Source: Ministeria vibrans ATCC 50519 (Eukaryota; Protista; Filasterea). Taken from it: a stretch of 64,000 nucleotides of DNA. The notes under the pieces are model-generated. The model made no database searches. It was not told the DNA's origin and saw nothing but the letters and a program-made list of their open reading frames with translations. The stretch lies in assembly GCA_943704425.1 (NCBI GenBank), contig CALSCP010001419.1, positions 27,870 through 91,869 on the forward strand. The letters run 5' to 3'. The translations under genes were made by a program, and so were the position numbers. Of this stretch, positions 11,346-22,426 are shown in pieces (the stretch's first letter is position 1; every line of letters begins with the position of its first letter).

Positions 11346-14300
11346 TTATGTGCTCCCTCCTCGCATACGCAGCACAAGCATGACACACCGACTTTTGGCA
11401 TCGGTACTCCCTTCAACAATACCGTAGACGTCCAAGGCGACATTCTCCACAAGATGCTTTCCGTTGAAGACTAGACGCTGATCTTTGCAGGGGATGCCTT
11501 CCCGGTCAGAGATGAGACTCTGGAGGTGCGCCACCGTCTTGCCAGGCTCGCAGACGACAGTAATCGTTTTTCCGGTTAGTGTTCGGATGGAAACAGGAAA
11601 GCCACCGCGTTGGAGGGCAGCCGCAGCCTGCCGCTGGCGCTCGGCCTCTTCGTAGGCGAGAGCATCCTCATAGAGGCTCGCCAGACGACGACGATTGGCG
11701 CCCGTGGCGGATGTCTGTGCGTAGCTGTGCGCCAACCAGTGGTCAAACCAGGCAAGGGCGGCGTCGGGCAGCTCACGACGGATGTATCGGTGACTCTGGA
11801 CGACAACAGTGGCCGTGTCGTGTGGGGCAGGGCGATCGAAAATGTGCACCAGGATAGCAATGAGACAGGCTTCGCTGCGATGCTGAATGGCCATATCGAT
11901 CCAACCAACGTTGAGCGACGCATACGACGTGTTAGCAACACCACGGTCGAGCAGCAGCCGCACCATGTCGGGCGCATCGTTGGCAATGGCCATGTGTATG
12001 CAGTGCAAGTAGGCCCACGAGAGTTGGCCAGGTCCGACCACCTCCTTGTGTACGCGCTCGTACTCGGCTCCGCCTGGTATCTCGCTGAGACGCTCTCGTG
12101 TGCCACTCAAACTTGGATCCGAAAGAGCAGCGTCGTCGAGCTTGAGCGACTGGGCGCCAAACGCAGTGCCACACGAGGCGACGCGATTGTCACGACAGCC
12201 TGCATTGATGAGCAGCCGCACTGCCTCTATGTTGCCCACTTGCGTCGCCAGGAACAGCTCAGTGCGTTGCGTCGCGCTCCCCTCGGCAAAGGTAGTGAGC
12301 GACGCATTGGCAGCCGAGGCGGCCTCAACGAGCGCACGCACCATGGCAGTCGTGCCACGCAGACACGCCAGGTGGGTGAGCCCAAATGCTTCGGGGCGTG
12401 AGTCAGCCCAGACGGTCGAGACGGTGACGCCGTAGCGGGGACGATACGGTGGCTGCGTCTTGCCAAAAAGCTCCTCGGGTGGTGTAGCTCGCACAAGGGC
12501 CACAAAGGTCTCTTCGTTGATGGGCGTGTCGGGTGAAAGCATGTCAAAAAGACGCACAACCGAGTCGGGCACCTCACTGGCGGTAGCGCCCTGAGGCGCG
12601 TCAACAAGAGTCGTACTGAATGCTTTGGAGAGGTGGCGCACGGCGACAGCCAGACATTCAATGCCAACGCCAAGACTGCCACGCTCGAGGACCGTCGGAA
12701 GCGCATCCAGAGCAAACTTTCCTAAGGCCTCGTTAAGACGCTGGAGGTCGGCTGACGCCGCCGGATTGTGCGCGACCGAGTCGTGGTCCTGGACGCCGAG
12801 TGAGGCCAAATAGGTGCTCATGCGGATGGTGTCGCTGACGGAGAGATCGCGCGATTTTTCGCGTAGAATGGTGCGCAGTGCAGCTACAAAGGTCGCCTGG
12901 AACTGCTCGGGATGGTCGGTGGACGCGCGAAGGTGGCGACTTGTGTTCTCGTGCATCCACACGTCGCCATTGAGAGAGCGCTGGACAAAGGCGCAGCGGG
13001 CGGCGAGGGTGCAGCACGAATCGACGGATGTGGTCGACGTCCAGCCAAGGTGCACAAGCACGGCCGTGTAGATGTCGCAGGGAATGCGGCACTGTGCCGG
13101 AAAGCACGCGAGTACTTGAAGAAACTTGACGGTGCGGGTGCGCGAGTGCTGCGACAGCTCCTCGAGTGCTTTTGAGAGCAGGTAGGTGTCGTTGTCTCGG
13201 CCATCTTCTCCGTGTGCCTCCTCATCCTCTTCCGTCGTGGCAAATCCCACGAGCGCTTCGAGAGGGTTGGTCGCGTGAGCACATGTGGCGGCGACCACGG
13301 AGAGAAGAAGTAGGTTGTGCTGGGTTCGAGTGGACACTTGTAGTGCAACGGAAGGGGACAGGTCGCAGGGGCAAGCGGCGCTCAGGAAGGCGGGCGCGAA
13401 GGCAGGGTCGACTGTGGCAAAGTCTACAAGGATGGGAGTGGGGCGGATGTCGCAAAGGTGGGCAAGGGAGCGCGTCGTGATTAAGAGAACAAGATTTGAG
13501 GGCAAGGCAAGGAAGGGAGCAAGCTGGGCGGCCGAGGAGACGTTGTCAAGGACGACGAGGCGACACAATGACGACAAGGACGAGGTGGAGGTGGAAGAAT
13601 TAGAAGAAGAAGAGGATGAGGGGCAAGCATAGCTGGCAAGCGCCTTCTGTAGCGCCTCGGGGGTGGTGAGGTCGGCGACCGATCGGACATCACGGCCCGT
13701 GAGAGTGGCAAGTAACTGTTGTGCTTGGGCGATTCCGGTTGTATCGCTCAGAGCAAACTCAAGCCACACTGGTGTGTGTGTATTCTCATGATGGTTTGCG
13801 TCGATGGAAGATGAGAATCGTTCCAGAAGCCGTGCAGTGGGTAGATCCGATGTCGAGAGGTCGGAGGCAAAGCGCTCACTGTGCGGTGCAGTGCGGGCGA
13901 CGAGGCGGGCCAGCAGCGCTGCGGCAGTGCTCTTGCCCGATCCTCCAGGACCTACAAGGGCGATACAAGAGGCAGTGCTCACGACAAGCGCATTTGCAGC
14001 CGCCACGAGCGGACGGTGTTGAAGTAGTAGTACAGTAGGAAGGGTCTTGGCGGAGCGTTGAAAGAGCCAATTGGCGCGCGCGCGACCATGTTGCGCCGAC
14101 TCGTTGATCGATGATAGCTCCAAAATTTCCGTCCGTAGCAGATCAATGTCGTCTTGGCTTTGAGCTGTCGCTGTGCGACCGTCGCCTTGCGCCATACTGC
14201 GAATCCAATCGACAACGAAAACACCACAATCGTTGCCGGTGGTCTGACGGAGGGAGACAGGCGCCGCGACCAACGGGACGTCACGGCCACTGTACCAGTT

Positions 14301-15191
14301 GGCGGGCGGTGTGCCCTCGACCGACTCGATGACTGCCGCAAGACCCACAAGAAGCTGTTGAGCCACTTGATGGCATCGGGGTGCACTGGGTGGAGGCAGC
14401 GAGTCGAAGAGGACGGCACGCCAGCACTTTGAGTCGGCAGTGTCGCGACTGACACGCAGCAGCGTCCAATGTTGATTGTCAATGTTGAGAGGAAGCAGCA
14501 CACTTGTGGTGACGCCGCGCTTGAAGAAGTCGCGAGTGGCATTCACCTGTGCAGCAAGAGTCAGACCGGGCGCCATGGCTGGGTTGGTGGCGAGCACAGC
14601 GACCGTGGCAGGCTCCACAATTGCACAATTTCGACCTCGCGTTGAAGATGGCACGAAATGCTGCAGGGCCAACACAATCATGTCGTCGGTAAGCCAGACG
14701 CTATTGTTCTGACTCGAGGGGGGCTGTGGTGGGGCATATTCAAGGCTATGGAGACGAGCGGCGCGCGTGGCCATGGCGTCGACACACGATGCCAAGTTCA
14801 CGTCGCGACTGAGCTGCACAGCACAGCTCATGAGGTGTTCGTAGGCGGGATCACAACCAAGAGTATCACGCGAGCAATTGAAGAGAAACAGCAGCGGCAG
14901 CGCTTGCGAGCGAGCCAGTCGTGCGGCAAAATCCCGTTGGGTCGACGGGTCGGATACAATGAGAATGGCGAGACGAGTCGAGTCGATGATAGATTCGGGT
15001 GCCTCTGCCTTGTTTTCAGCAAACGCATTGAGGTACACACTGAGGCCATGCTGTTCGGTGAGACTTGTGTAGAGGAGCTGGGCAAGGAGTGGGTGGGCGT
15101 GGAAGATGGCGCAGTCGTAACGCTTGCGATACAGCCGCCCTGAAACAGCCTCAGACGAGGACGATTGCACCGCCGACGTGGGAGTTGACAT
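11346..15191 (-). CDS. NLR-like STAND protein: TIR-like + Ulp1/C48 protease + NB-ARC + ankyrin repeats + C-terminal ubiquitin-like domain (1281 aa, single exon)
   Basis: TIR-like RYDCAIFHA..LYTSL..GLSVYLN..RLAILIVS; C48 WLTDDMI, PLNIDNQHWTLL, FDSL, QTTGNDCGVFV; Walker A GPGGSGKS, Walker B RLVVLDNV, LITTR, MHE; about 4 ankyrin-like repeats; Ubl IRTLTGKTITV..EGIPCKDQRLVFNGKHL..LVLRMRGGST*. Confidence 0.88.
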   Translation of the reverse strand: MSTPTSAVQSSSSEAVSGRLYRKRYDCAIFHAHPLLAQLLYTSLTEQHGLSVYLNAFAENKAEAPESIIDSTRLAILIVSDPSTQRDFAARLARSQALPLLFLFNCSRDTLGCDPAYEHLMSCAVQLSRDVNLASCVDAMATRAARLHSLEYAPPQPPSSQNNSVWLTDDMIVLALQHFVPSSTRGRNCAIVEPATVAVLATNPAMAPGLTLAAQVNATRDFFKRGVTTSVLLPLNIDNQHWTLLRVSRDTADSKCWRAVLFDSLPPPSAPRCHQVAQQLLVGLAAVIESVEGTPPANWYSGRDVPLVAAPVSLRQTTGNDCGVFVVDWIRSMAQGDGRTATAQSQDDIDLLRTEILELSSINESAQHGRARANWLFQRSAKTLPTVLLLQHRPLVAAANALVVSTASCIALVGPGGSGKSTAAALLARLVARTAPHSERFASDLSTSDLPTARLLERFSSSIDANHHENTHTPVWLEFALSDTTGIAQAQQLLATLTGRDVRSVADLTTPEALQKALASYACPSSSSSSNSSTSTSSLSSLCRLVVLDNVSSAAQLAPFLALPSNLVLLITTRSLAHLCDIRPTPILVDFATVDPAFAPAFLSAACPCDLSPSVALQVSTRTQHNLLLLSVVAATCAHATNPLEALVGFATTEEDEEAHGEDGRDNDTYLLSKALEELSQHSRTRTVKFLQVLACFPAQCRIPCDIYTAVLVHLGWTSTTSVDSCCTLAARCAFVQRSLNGDVWMHENTSRHLRASTDHPEQFQATFVAALRTILREKSRDLSVSDTIRMSTYLASLGVQDHDSVAHNPAASADLQRLNEALGKFALDALPTVLERGSLGVGIECLAVAVRHLSKAFSTTLVDAPQGATASEVPDSVVRLFDMLSPDTPINEETFVALVRATPPEELFGKTQPPYRPRYGVTVSTVWADSRPEAFGLTHLACLRGTTAMVRALVEAASAANASLTTFAEGSATQRTELFLATQVGNIEAVRLLINAGCRDNRVASCGTAFGAQSLKLDDAALSDPSLSGTRERLSEIPGGAEYERVHKEVVGPGQLSWAYLHCIHMAIANDAPDMVRLLLDRGVANTSYASLNVGWIDMAIQHRSEACLIAILVHIFDRPAPHDTATVVVQSHRYIRRELPDAALAWFDHWLAHSYAQTSATGANRRRLASLYEDALAYEEAERQRQAAAALQRGGFPVSIRTLTGKTITVVCEPGKTVAHLQSLISDREGIPCKDQRLVFNGKHLVENVALDVYGIVEGSTDAKSRCVMLVLRMRGGST

Positions 15192-15284
15192 GAGAAAGTA
15201 GTAAGAGGGAAAGTGAACAGAAAATATTAATAATTATTATTCTTTTTTTTACTTTACAATCTTAATGACGTTGTTAAAAATTAT

Positions 15285-16452
15285 TCACATTTTTCCGTCG
15301 GTCGGACCGACCACGAGCGGGCCGTCGTCGTCGTCACCTTCACCCTCCTCGAAAAACGCCCATTCGCATGTGTCGCACAAATGCGTGCGTAGCCCATGAG
15401 CTCGCCACACTAGCTCGCGTGACTCCCTATCGTTTCGGAGATCGTCGACCGACGAGAAGAAACGCTAATAAGGTGGAAAATCAATATTATCTCTTTCAAC
15501 AATAATGATACAAATTTTTTTTAAAAAAAAAAATAAGTTAATATGTATAGGTACCTGAAGGGCCTGCACCAAAAAGTTATTGCCGGGCTCGACAAGATCG
15601 ACAAAAAAGTCGGCGGGCACTTCGCGAATCTGATGGGAGAGCACATCGACAAAGTCGACAAAGAGATCGCGATGGAGTTGAAGCGCACGCTCACTGAAGC
15701 AGAGAAGACGCACCAGACGCTTCCATTGTTCAAACGCCGTCAGAGAATGTCCGAGCAAGAAGCACAGATAGGCGTATTCGAGTTCGCCAAGAATCTCCAT
15801 GGCATCTACACATCCAAAACCACATTATTAGTGCTCTTCGCACAACTTTTCTTTTTAAGCGTGTGCCTGTCATTGATTGGAGCATGATGCCGAGCGAATA
15901 CGAGTGATCTAGGCTGTGCCGGGTGATTTCGGCGGGAGTGGCACCCGGCGGGTAGCATGGCGATGGAAACGGCGTGAAGCGCAGAGCTTGGTCGTCGCTC
16001 GGATTGATCTTGCCGTCGGTAGGCTCAAGCCGACGCCACAGCGACTCAGTAATGTGGCCTGAAAGCGAAACCCAGCGCGCGAGCTCCCCGCCGTGTGGGT
16101 AGGGGCCCAGGAAGGGATCAAGGCCGCGGTGGTCGTCGCGACAGCGTTGGATTTCGTCGACGTCTTGTGAACGTTCCACATCCTCAGTCTGCGCGTCCCA
16201 GCGTAGCACCACCGTCTCGGCGGGCGACATCCACAGGAACATTCCGGTGCGGGGTCCCTGGCCGCGTCCCTCCTTGCCAACGGGCGCCCAGTGCACAAAA
16301 TGCAAATGTTTCGGAAGAAACTTGACACCTCGAAAGCGCTCGCCGACCGTCCACGAGTTCATGTCGACGCCAACCTGGGTGCCTGGTGGCACATTGAGCA
16401 CAACAATGCGGCCGCCAATCTCGAACCATCGTTGCGCCTCCTCCTGGTTCAT
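15285..16452 (-). CDS. AAR2: AAR2 (U5 snRNP assembly factor)
   Basis: GVDMNSWTVGERFRGVKFLP, LDPFLGPYP, EITRHSLDHS, LGELEYAYLCFLLGHSLTAFEQWKRLV and PADFFVD; three exons; stop at 15285-15287. Confidence 0.9.
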
Positions 16453-16527
16453 CTCATAAAATGTCTGATCACCGATCACTGATGAGTGAAACGTTATAAT
16501 TTGCGTTATTCAATCATTCTACTCAAC

Positions 16528-17735
16528 ATGTTCCGCAAGCCGTTTCGTGTCAAGTCGGACAACCTTGTCAAATCGTCGGATATTCGTCGATTACGAGCGG
16601 ACATGCAACGAGCCTTTCCAGCGCTGAGCGACGCAGACGTCGACCACATCGTCCCTGCCAAAGCGCCGCTTCACCTGCAACGCCTGCAGTTGCACGGTGG
16701 CGCCGTGTGCAACGTCTACTTCATCGATGGTGTTCCCGTTCTTTTTGAAGGCGCAGACAAGTCTAAGCGGCTCTATCCGTCCGGTAAGGCCACCGTTTCA
16801 TCTCGACCGCTCGTTTCGTCTCACACCGCCACACATTCGCCAGTCTACACACAATGGCGTGTGCCACACATTGTACCTGCCTGGACCACATCTGAAAATG
16901 CCCTTGCGCACATCGGACAGGGAGCAGGTGCGTGGAATGGTCCACCGTACGAGTGTGTTTGGCTGACTTGTCCGTTTGTTTCAGATCTTTTCTTGCCTGG
17001 CGTGCAACAGCAGTCGAACCTGGGCGAGTTTGGCGTGGGAGAAGTACGTGCCGTGTGTGTTGCAGGTAGCGGCGCTGCGTCGGCCGTCGGCGTGACAGCT
17101 GTGACAAGTGACGACGTTTCCGCCATGGGAGATAACGTACAAGGAAAAGGCGTACACATCCTGCACACGGTCGGCGACGAGCTGTGGAGTGCCGGTCCTA
17201 AAACAAAGCTGCCCGCAATTGCATCTGCTTCACCAACTAGAAATGACAGCAGTGTAGAAGGGTGCGGTGACGATGCCATCAAAGCGGGAGTCGCATCGAC
17301 AAGCGAGCGGCAGCAGGAAGCGCAGAACGACGAGGCAAATGAAGCGGAGGGGGAAGAAGGAGAGGAGGATGATTTTGACATGGACTCGTATGCGGAACAG
17401 TGTCTCTTTCAAGCGCTGCGCACGACGGTGAAAGACCGTGAGCTGCCAATGCTGGTGAGCACGTTGTTTGCCGAGCATGTTTTGAAGAGCCGCAGGGAAG
17501 GCGCGCCGGTGCTGGCCATCAAGCGTACGCGCTTCAAGAAGGTCTCAAGGTTCCTGGAGGCCATGGAAGAGGAAGGTATTGTAACACTCAAGGTGGAGCC
17601 CAATGGTGTGGCGTTTCTGGAGACGGTGGAAAGGGCGCATCCGCGACTGCGTTCGGCAGTGCTCACCAAGGACACGGTGGCACTGGCCGAGGCAGAGGAG
17701 CGACAGCGCACGCTCAACAGAGGTAATATTAATTT

Positions 17736-17766
<31 letters not shown>

Positions 17767-17803
17767 TAATAATAATAATAATAATAATAACAATAATAAT
17801 AAC

Positions 17804-17838
<35 letters not shown>

Positions 17839-17846
17839 TAATAATG

Positions 17847-17941
<95 letters not shown>

Positions 17942-18681
17942 GAACAATAATAATAATAATAGAAAAATAATAAAAATAATACAGTTGGGCATTGGCATGT
18001 AAAAATAGTTTTGTGTGTGTGTGACAGATTTTCTCATATCCTTCGCGTTCGTGTGTTTAGAGATGGCGAGTTATCGGAGTGTGTACCAGGCGAACAAGAC
18101 CCACACTCAACTGTTTAGTGTCTGGGCCGAGTCTAAAGGCATTGAGTTTGATCGACANNNNNNNNGTTCGTGTGTTTAGAGATGGCGAGTTATCGGAGTG
18201 TGTACCAGGCGAACAAGACCCACACTCAACTGTTTAGTGTCTGGGCCGAGTCTAAAGGCATTGAGTTTGATCGACACAAAACGTATTTAATCCCAAGTCA
18301 AGTCAGGTCAGTCGAATACCGTCACACACACCAAGTACACTAAGCACACACATTCATCCATCCATCTATACATCCATCCATCTATATAATGCACACTAAT
18401 TATGCATACACATACACATCCATGTACACACACTAATAACATTTATGCACACGTACACATACATACACACACACGTGAGGTAGAATAACTGACTGTTTTG
18501 GAAATGTGAAGGGAAGCGGTGGATGTGTATGTGCGACTGAACGGACTGGGGAGTGGGCGGAAAGTGACGCTCGATACGGTGTTGGCTGATGTAACGCAGA
18601 GCGATGAGTCGACGCTCAATCGCGATGACATCTCTCGCTGGTAAGGACAATATATTCAACTGCACACAGTGTTTGTAATGC

Positions 18682-18713
<32 letters not shown>

Positions 18714-19100
18714 TCGTGTGTGTGTGTGGCGTGTTAATATAGCGTGCTTGGGAAGATGGACGCGTACTGCTTTGTGCGACTGGCGGGGGCAGAGCGGGAG
18801 ACGCGGATGCGAGGCAAGGAGCCACGGAAGGTGACGGTGACGCTGAAGACGGTGATGGGGCGCAAGACGGTGACGGCTATTGCGAATGTGCAGGCGTACG
18901 GGATAGAAGAAGGGACGCTGGCCAAGGAGCTGGCGCAGGCGGCAGCATCGAGTGCGACGGTGGAGACAAGCAGTGGCGTGACGGAGGTGCTGGTGCAAGG
19001 CCCTGCGAGTGGTATTGTCGTGCGCCACTTGCGTGACCGCTATGCCTTGCCCGAGGCCTTTGTCGAGGTTCTCGATCGCACAAAGAAGAAGAAGAAGTGA
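16528..19100 (+). CDS. EIF2D: Translation initiation/recycling factor eIF2D (ligatin): PUA, SWIB-like and SUI1 domains
   Basis: MFRKPFRVKSDNLVKSSDIRRLR, GADLFLPGV, GKGVHILHTVGDELW, IKRTRFKKVSRFL and a C-terminal SUI1 (KTVTAIANVQAYGI..AASSATV..VLVQG). Confidence 0.9.
17736..17960. repeat. (AAT)n microsatellite in an eIF2D intron
   Basis: About 225 bp of near-perfect AAT repeats after the GT donor at ~17723. Confidence 0.95.
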
Positions 19101-19144
19101 AAAGAAAAACAGTACCGACACAACGGTGATTGGATCATCGCTTT

Positions 19145-20426
<1,282 letters not shown>

Positions 20427-20598
20427 TGAAAAGAAAATGTTTGAAAAATGAAAGAGTTAAACGAATCAAATAATTTTCGTCGAATTGAATATTGATCTCC
20501 ATTTGCAACGGGTGTCGGCGCGTCGCCTATTCCGCGATTCTGCTTAAGACACTGATTGCTTATTAGATAGTACGCTGTCCCCGTCAACAGCACACGCA

Positions 20599-21317
20599 AT
20601 GGATCCGACGGCTCGCTTCCAAGCGCTGTATGACCTTGGAACGGATGTCACCATTAACCCCTGCCTGAAGCTGCACATGTATTACAAATCGGCTGCCAAC
20701 CTGTTCGTTCAGGTGAGAGAAATGAGTCAGATATATATCATTTATTTTGAATTTTGATGGAGGGGAAAACACCGACTCACGACACTCTGTTGATCCGCAC
20801 ACGTCCGCACAGGCACATACATACGACGGCGAAGGGCAGGATGAGCGTGCCTTTGTGCTCTTTGTGAAATACATTACGTCCGAAGAACGAGAAGAAGCCA
20901 CTCAGTGCTCAACCTTCCACTTCCTTCTCTTCTGTAGACTTGTCCTGCGCAAAATCCCAACGCATCCCGACTTTAAGACGTCGACATTGAAGCAGGAACA
21001 TGCTGCGGCACAGGGTAGCAAGTGCAAGGAGGCGCTGCGCAAGGCTGAATCGTTGAAGGCACTCATCAAGGCGAAGTACCAGGCTGAATGGGACGACGCT
21101 CTTGAGGCTGCAAGGCTGAAGGAGAACGAGGAGCAGGAGGCGAGAGAACAGACAGAACGCGACGAGGCGGAAGAGAGGATACGGAAGCAACAGCCGAACG
21201 GGGGCGAATGTGTGGAGGCACAAAGAGACGACACTGAGGATCCGTTTGGCGCGCTCTATGAGCGAACTCCTGTGCCCATCACACCCGCCATCCCCACCAG
21301 TACCACCACCACCACCG

Positions 21318-21352
<35 letters not shown>

Positions 21353-22040
21353 GCCACTACTCCGACTGCTCCCACCTCTACCAGCAACACACCTCCATCG
21401 CCCGTTCTCAGTGCTCCCCCACTGCGCCACATGGTCCTTCCAGCCTCCCTCCCCGACACCTTCCGCACCTTGGCGACCGAGAGCACCGCAGCCAACCGCG
21501 AGACGTGTGGGCTGCTCTGCGGCACTCTTCACCACGACGTGCTTGTTGTTACAACACTGCTGCTTCCCCGCCAGACGGGCGCGAGCGACTCATGCGAGAT
21601 GATGGACGAAGACGCTATCTTCTTGTACCAAGACGAGAATGAGCTCATGACACTCGGATGGATACACGTAAGACCAAAACTACAACTCAACTCCTTCCCC
21701 TCTGCTTCTCAGCGGAAAGCACAGTACTCACAGAGAGAAACATGCACTTTTGTGTACATAGACACACCCTACGCAAACGGCATTCCTCTCGAGCGTCGAC
21801 CTGCACACGCACGCATCGTACCAGCTCATGTTGGGCGAGGCTGTCGCTGTCGTTGTCGCTCCGTCCTACCGCACCACTGGTACATTTGCTCTCACCCTTC
21901 CGCATGGTCTGCGCACCGTTGTCGACTGTCGCCAGCCTGGCTTTCATCCCCACGCCAATGCCGACTCGCTCTTCGAAGAAGTGTCTTCGCGTGTGACGTA
22001 CGATCCAGAGCGCCCTCTGAAAATCCACGACATGAGATGA
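20599..22040 (+). CDS. STAMBP: AMSH/STAMBP JAMM deubiquitinase
   Basis: N-terminal MIT/USP8-dimerisation-like region ([22 protein letters not shown]); ETCGLLCG; spliced GWIH|[25 protein letters not shown] motif. Confidence 0.9.
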
Positions 22041-22426
22041 ATTGCATAATATTTTGAGTCTTTTTGTGTATTAACCAGTCGTCTCTTACATCTCAACGAG
22101 TAAACCTTTCATTTCCTTATTAATTCTCTATTAAACTTCAAATTATTTAGTGTCACAGTTCTGTGTGTCACTCACAGTCTCACAGTCGTGTTGTGATGAT
22201 GATTGCTTTCCCTCGCCCTACTAGTTAGGAGTCACTGGATCTCTCATGTGAGTCAGGTCACGACGTGGGTGCGCTTTATCTTTCTTCACGTCGACACCGG
22301 ACACCAAAATTTGATCGCGTGTGTGACGATCGATTGACTTATGCCAACTCTGGCAACTCAACACTAAATCAAATTGAACGAACATTTGTCATTTTTTTTT
22401 TCGTTCGTTCACGCAGGATCTTCAGT

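Noticed and set aside
11346-15191. Lack of introns as proof of recent HGT/retroposition, or the C48 domain as a transposon (Mutator/Crypton-type) remnant
   Set aside because: CEP120 and the LRR kinase also have exons longer than 3 kb, and I saw no transposase, TIRs, TSDs or poly-A scar nearby.
17603-18037. Poly-Asn / poly-Ile ORFs (also the poly-SL/ER/CV ORFs at 4.3-4.9, 24.2-24.6, 31.0 and 46.0 kb)
   Set aside because: These are translations of intronic microsatellites.
18047-18277. Apparent tandem exon duplication in eIF2D
   Set aside because: Two identical ~110-bp copies flank an N-gap, which is typical of an unmerged contig overlap.
22184-22265. Possible C/D snoRNA (GTCGTG..CACGAC terminal stem with an ATGATGA C-box)
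   Set aside because: There is no properly placed CTGA D-box on the same strand.
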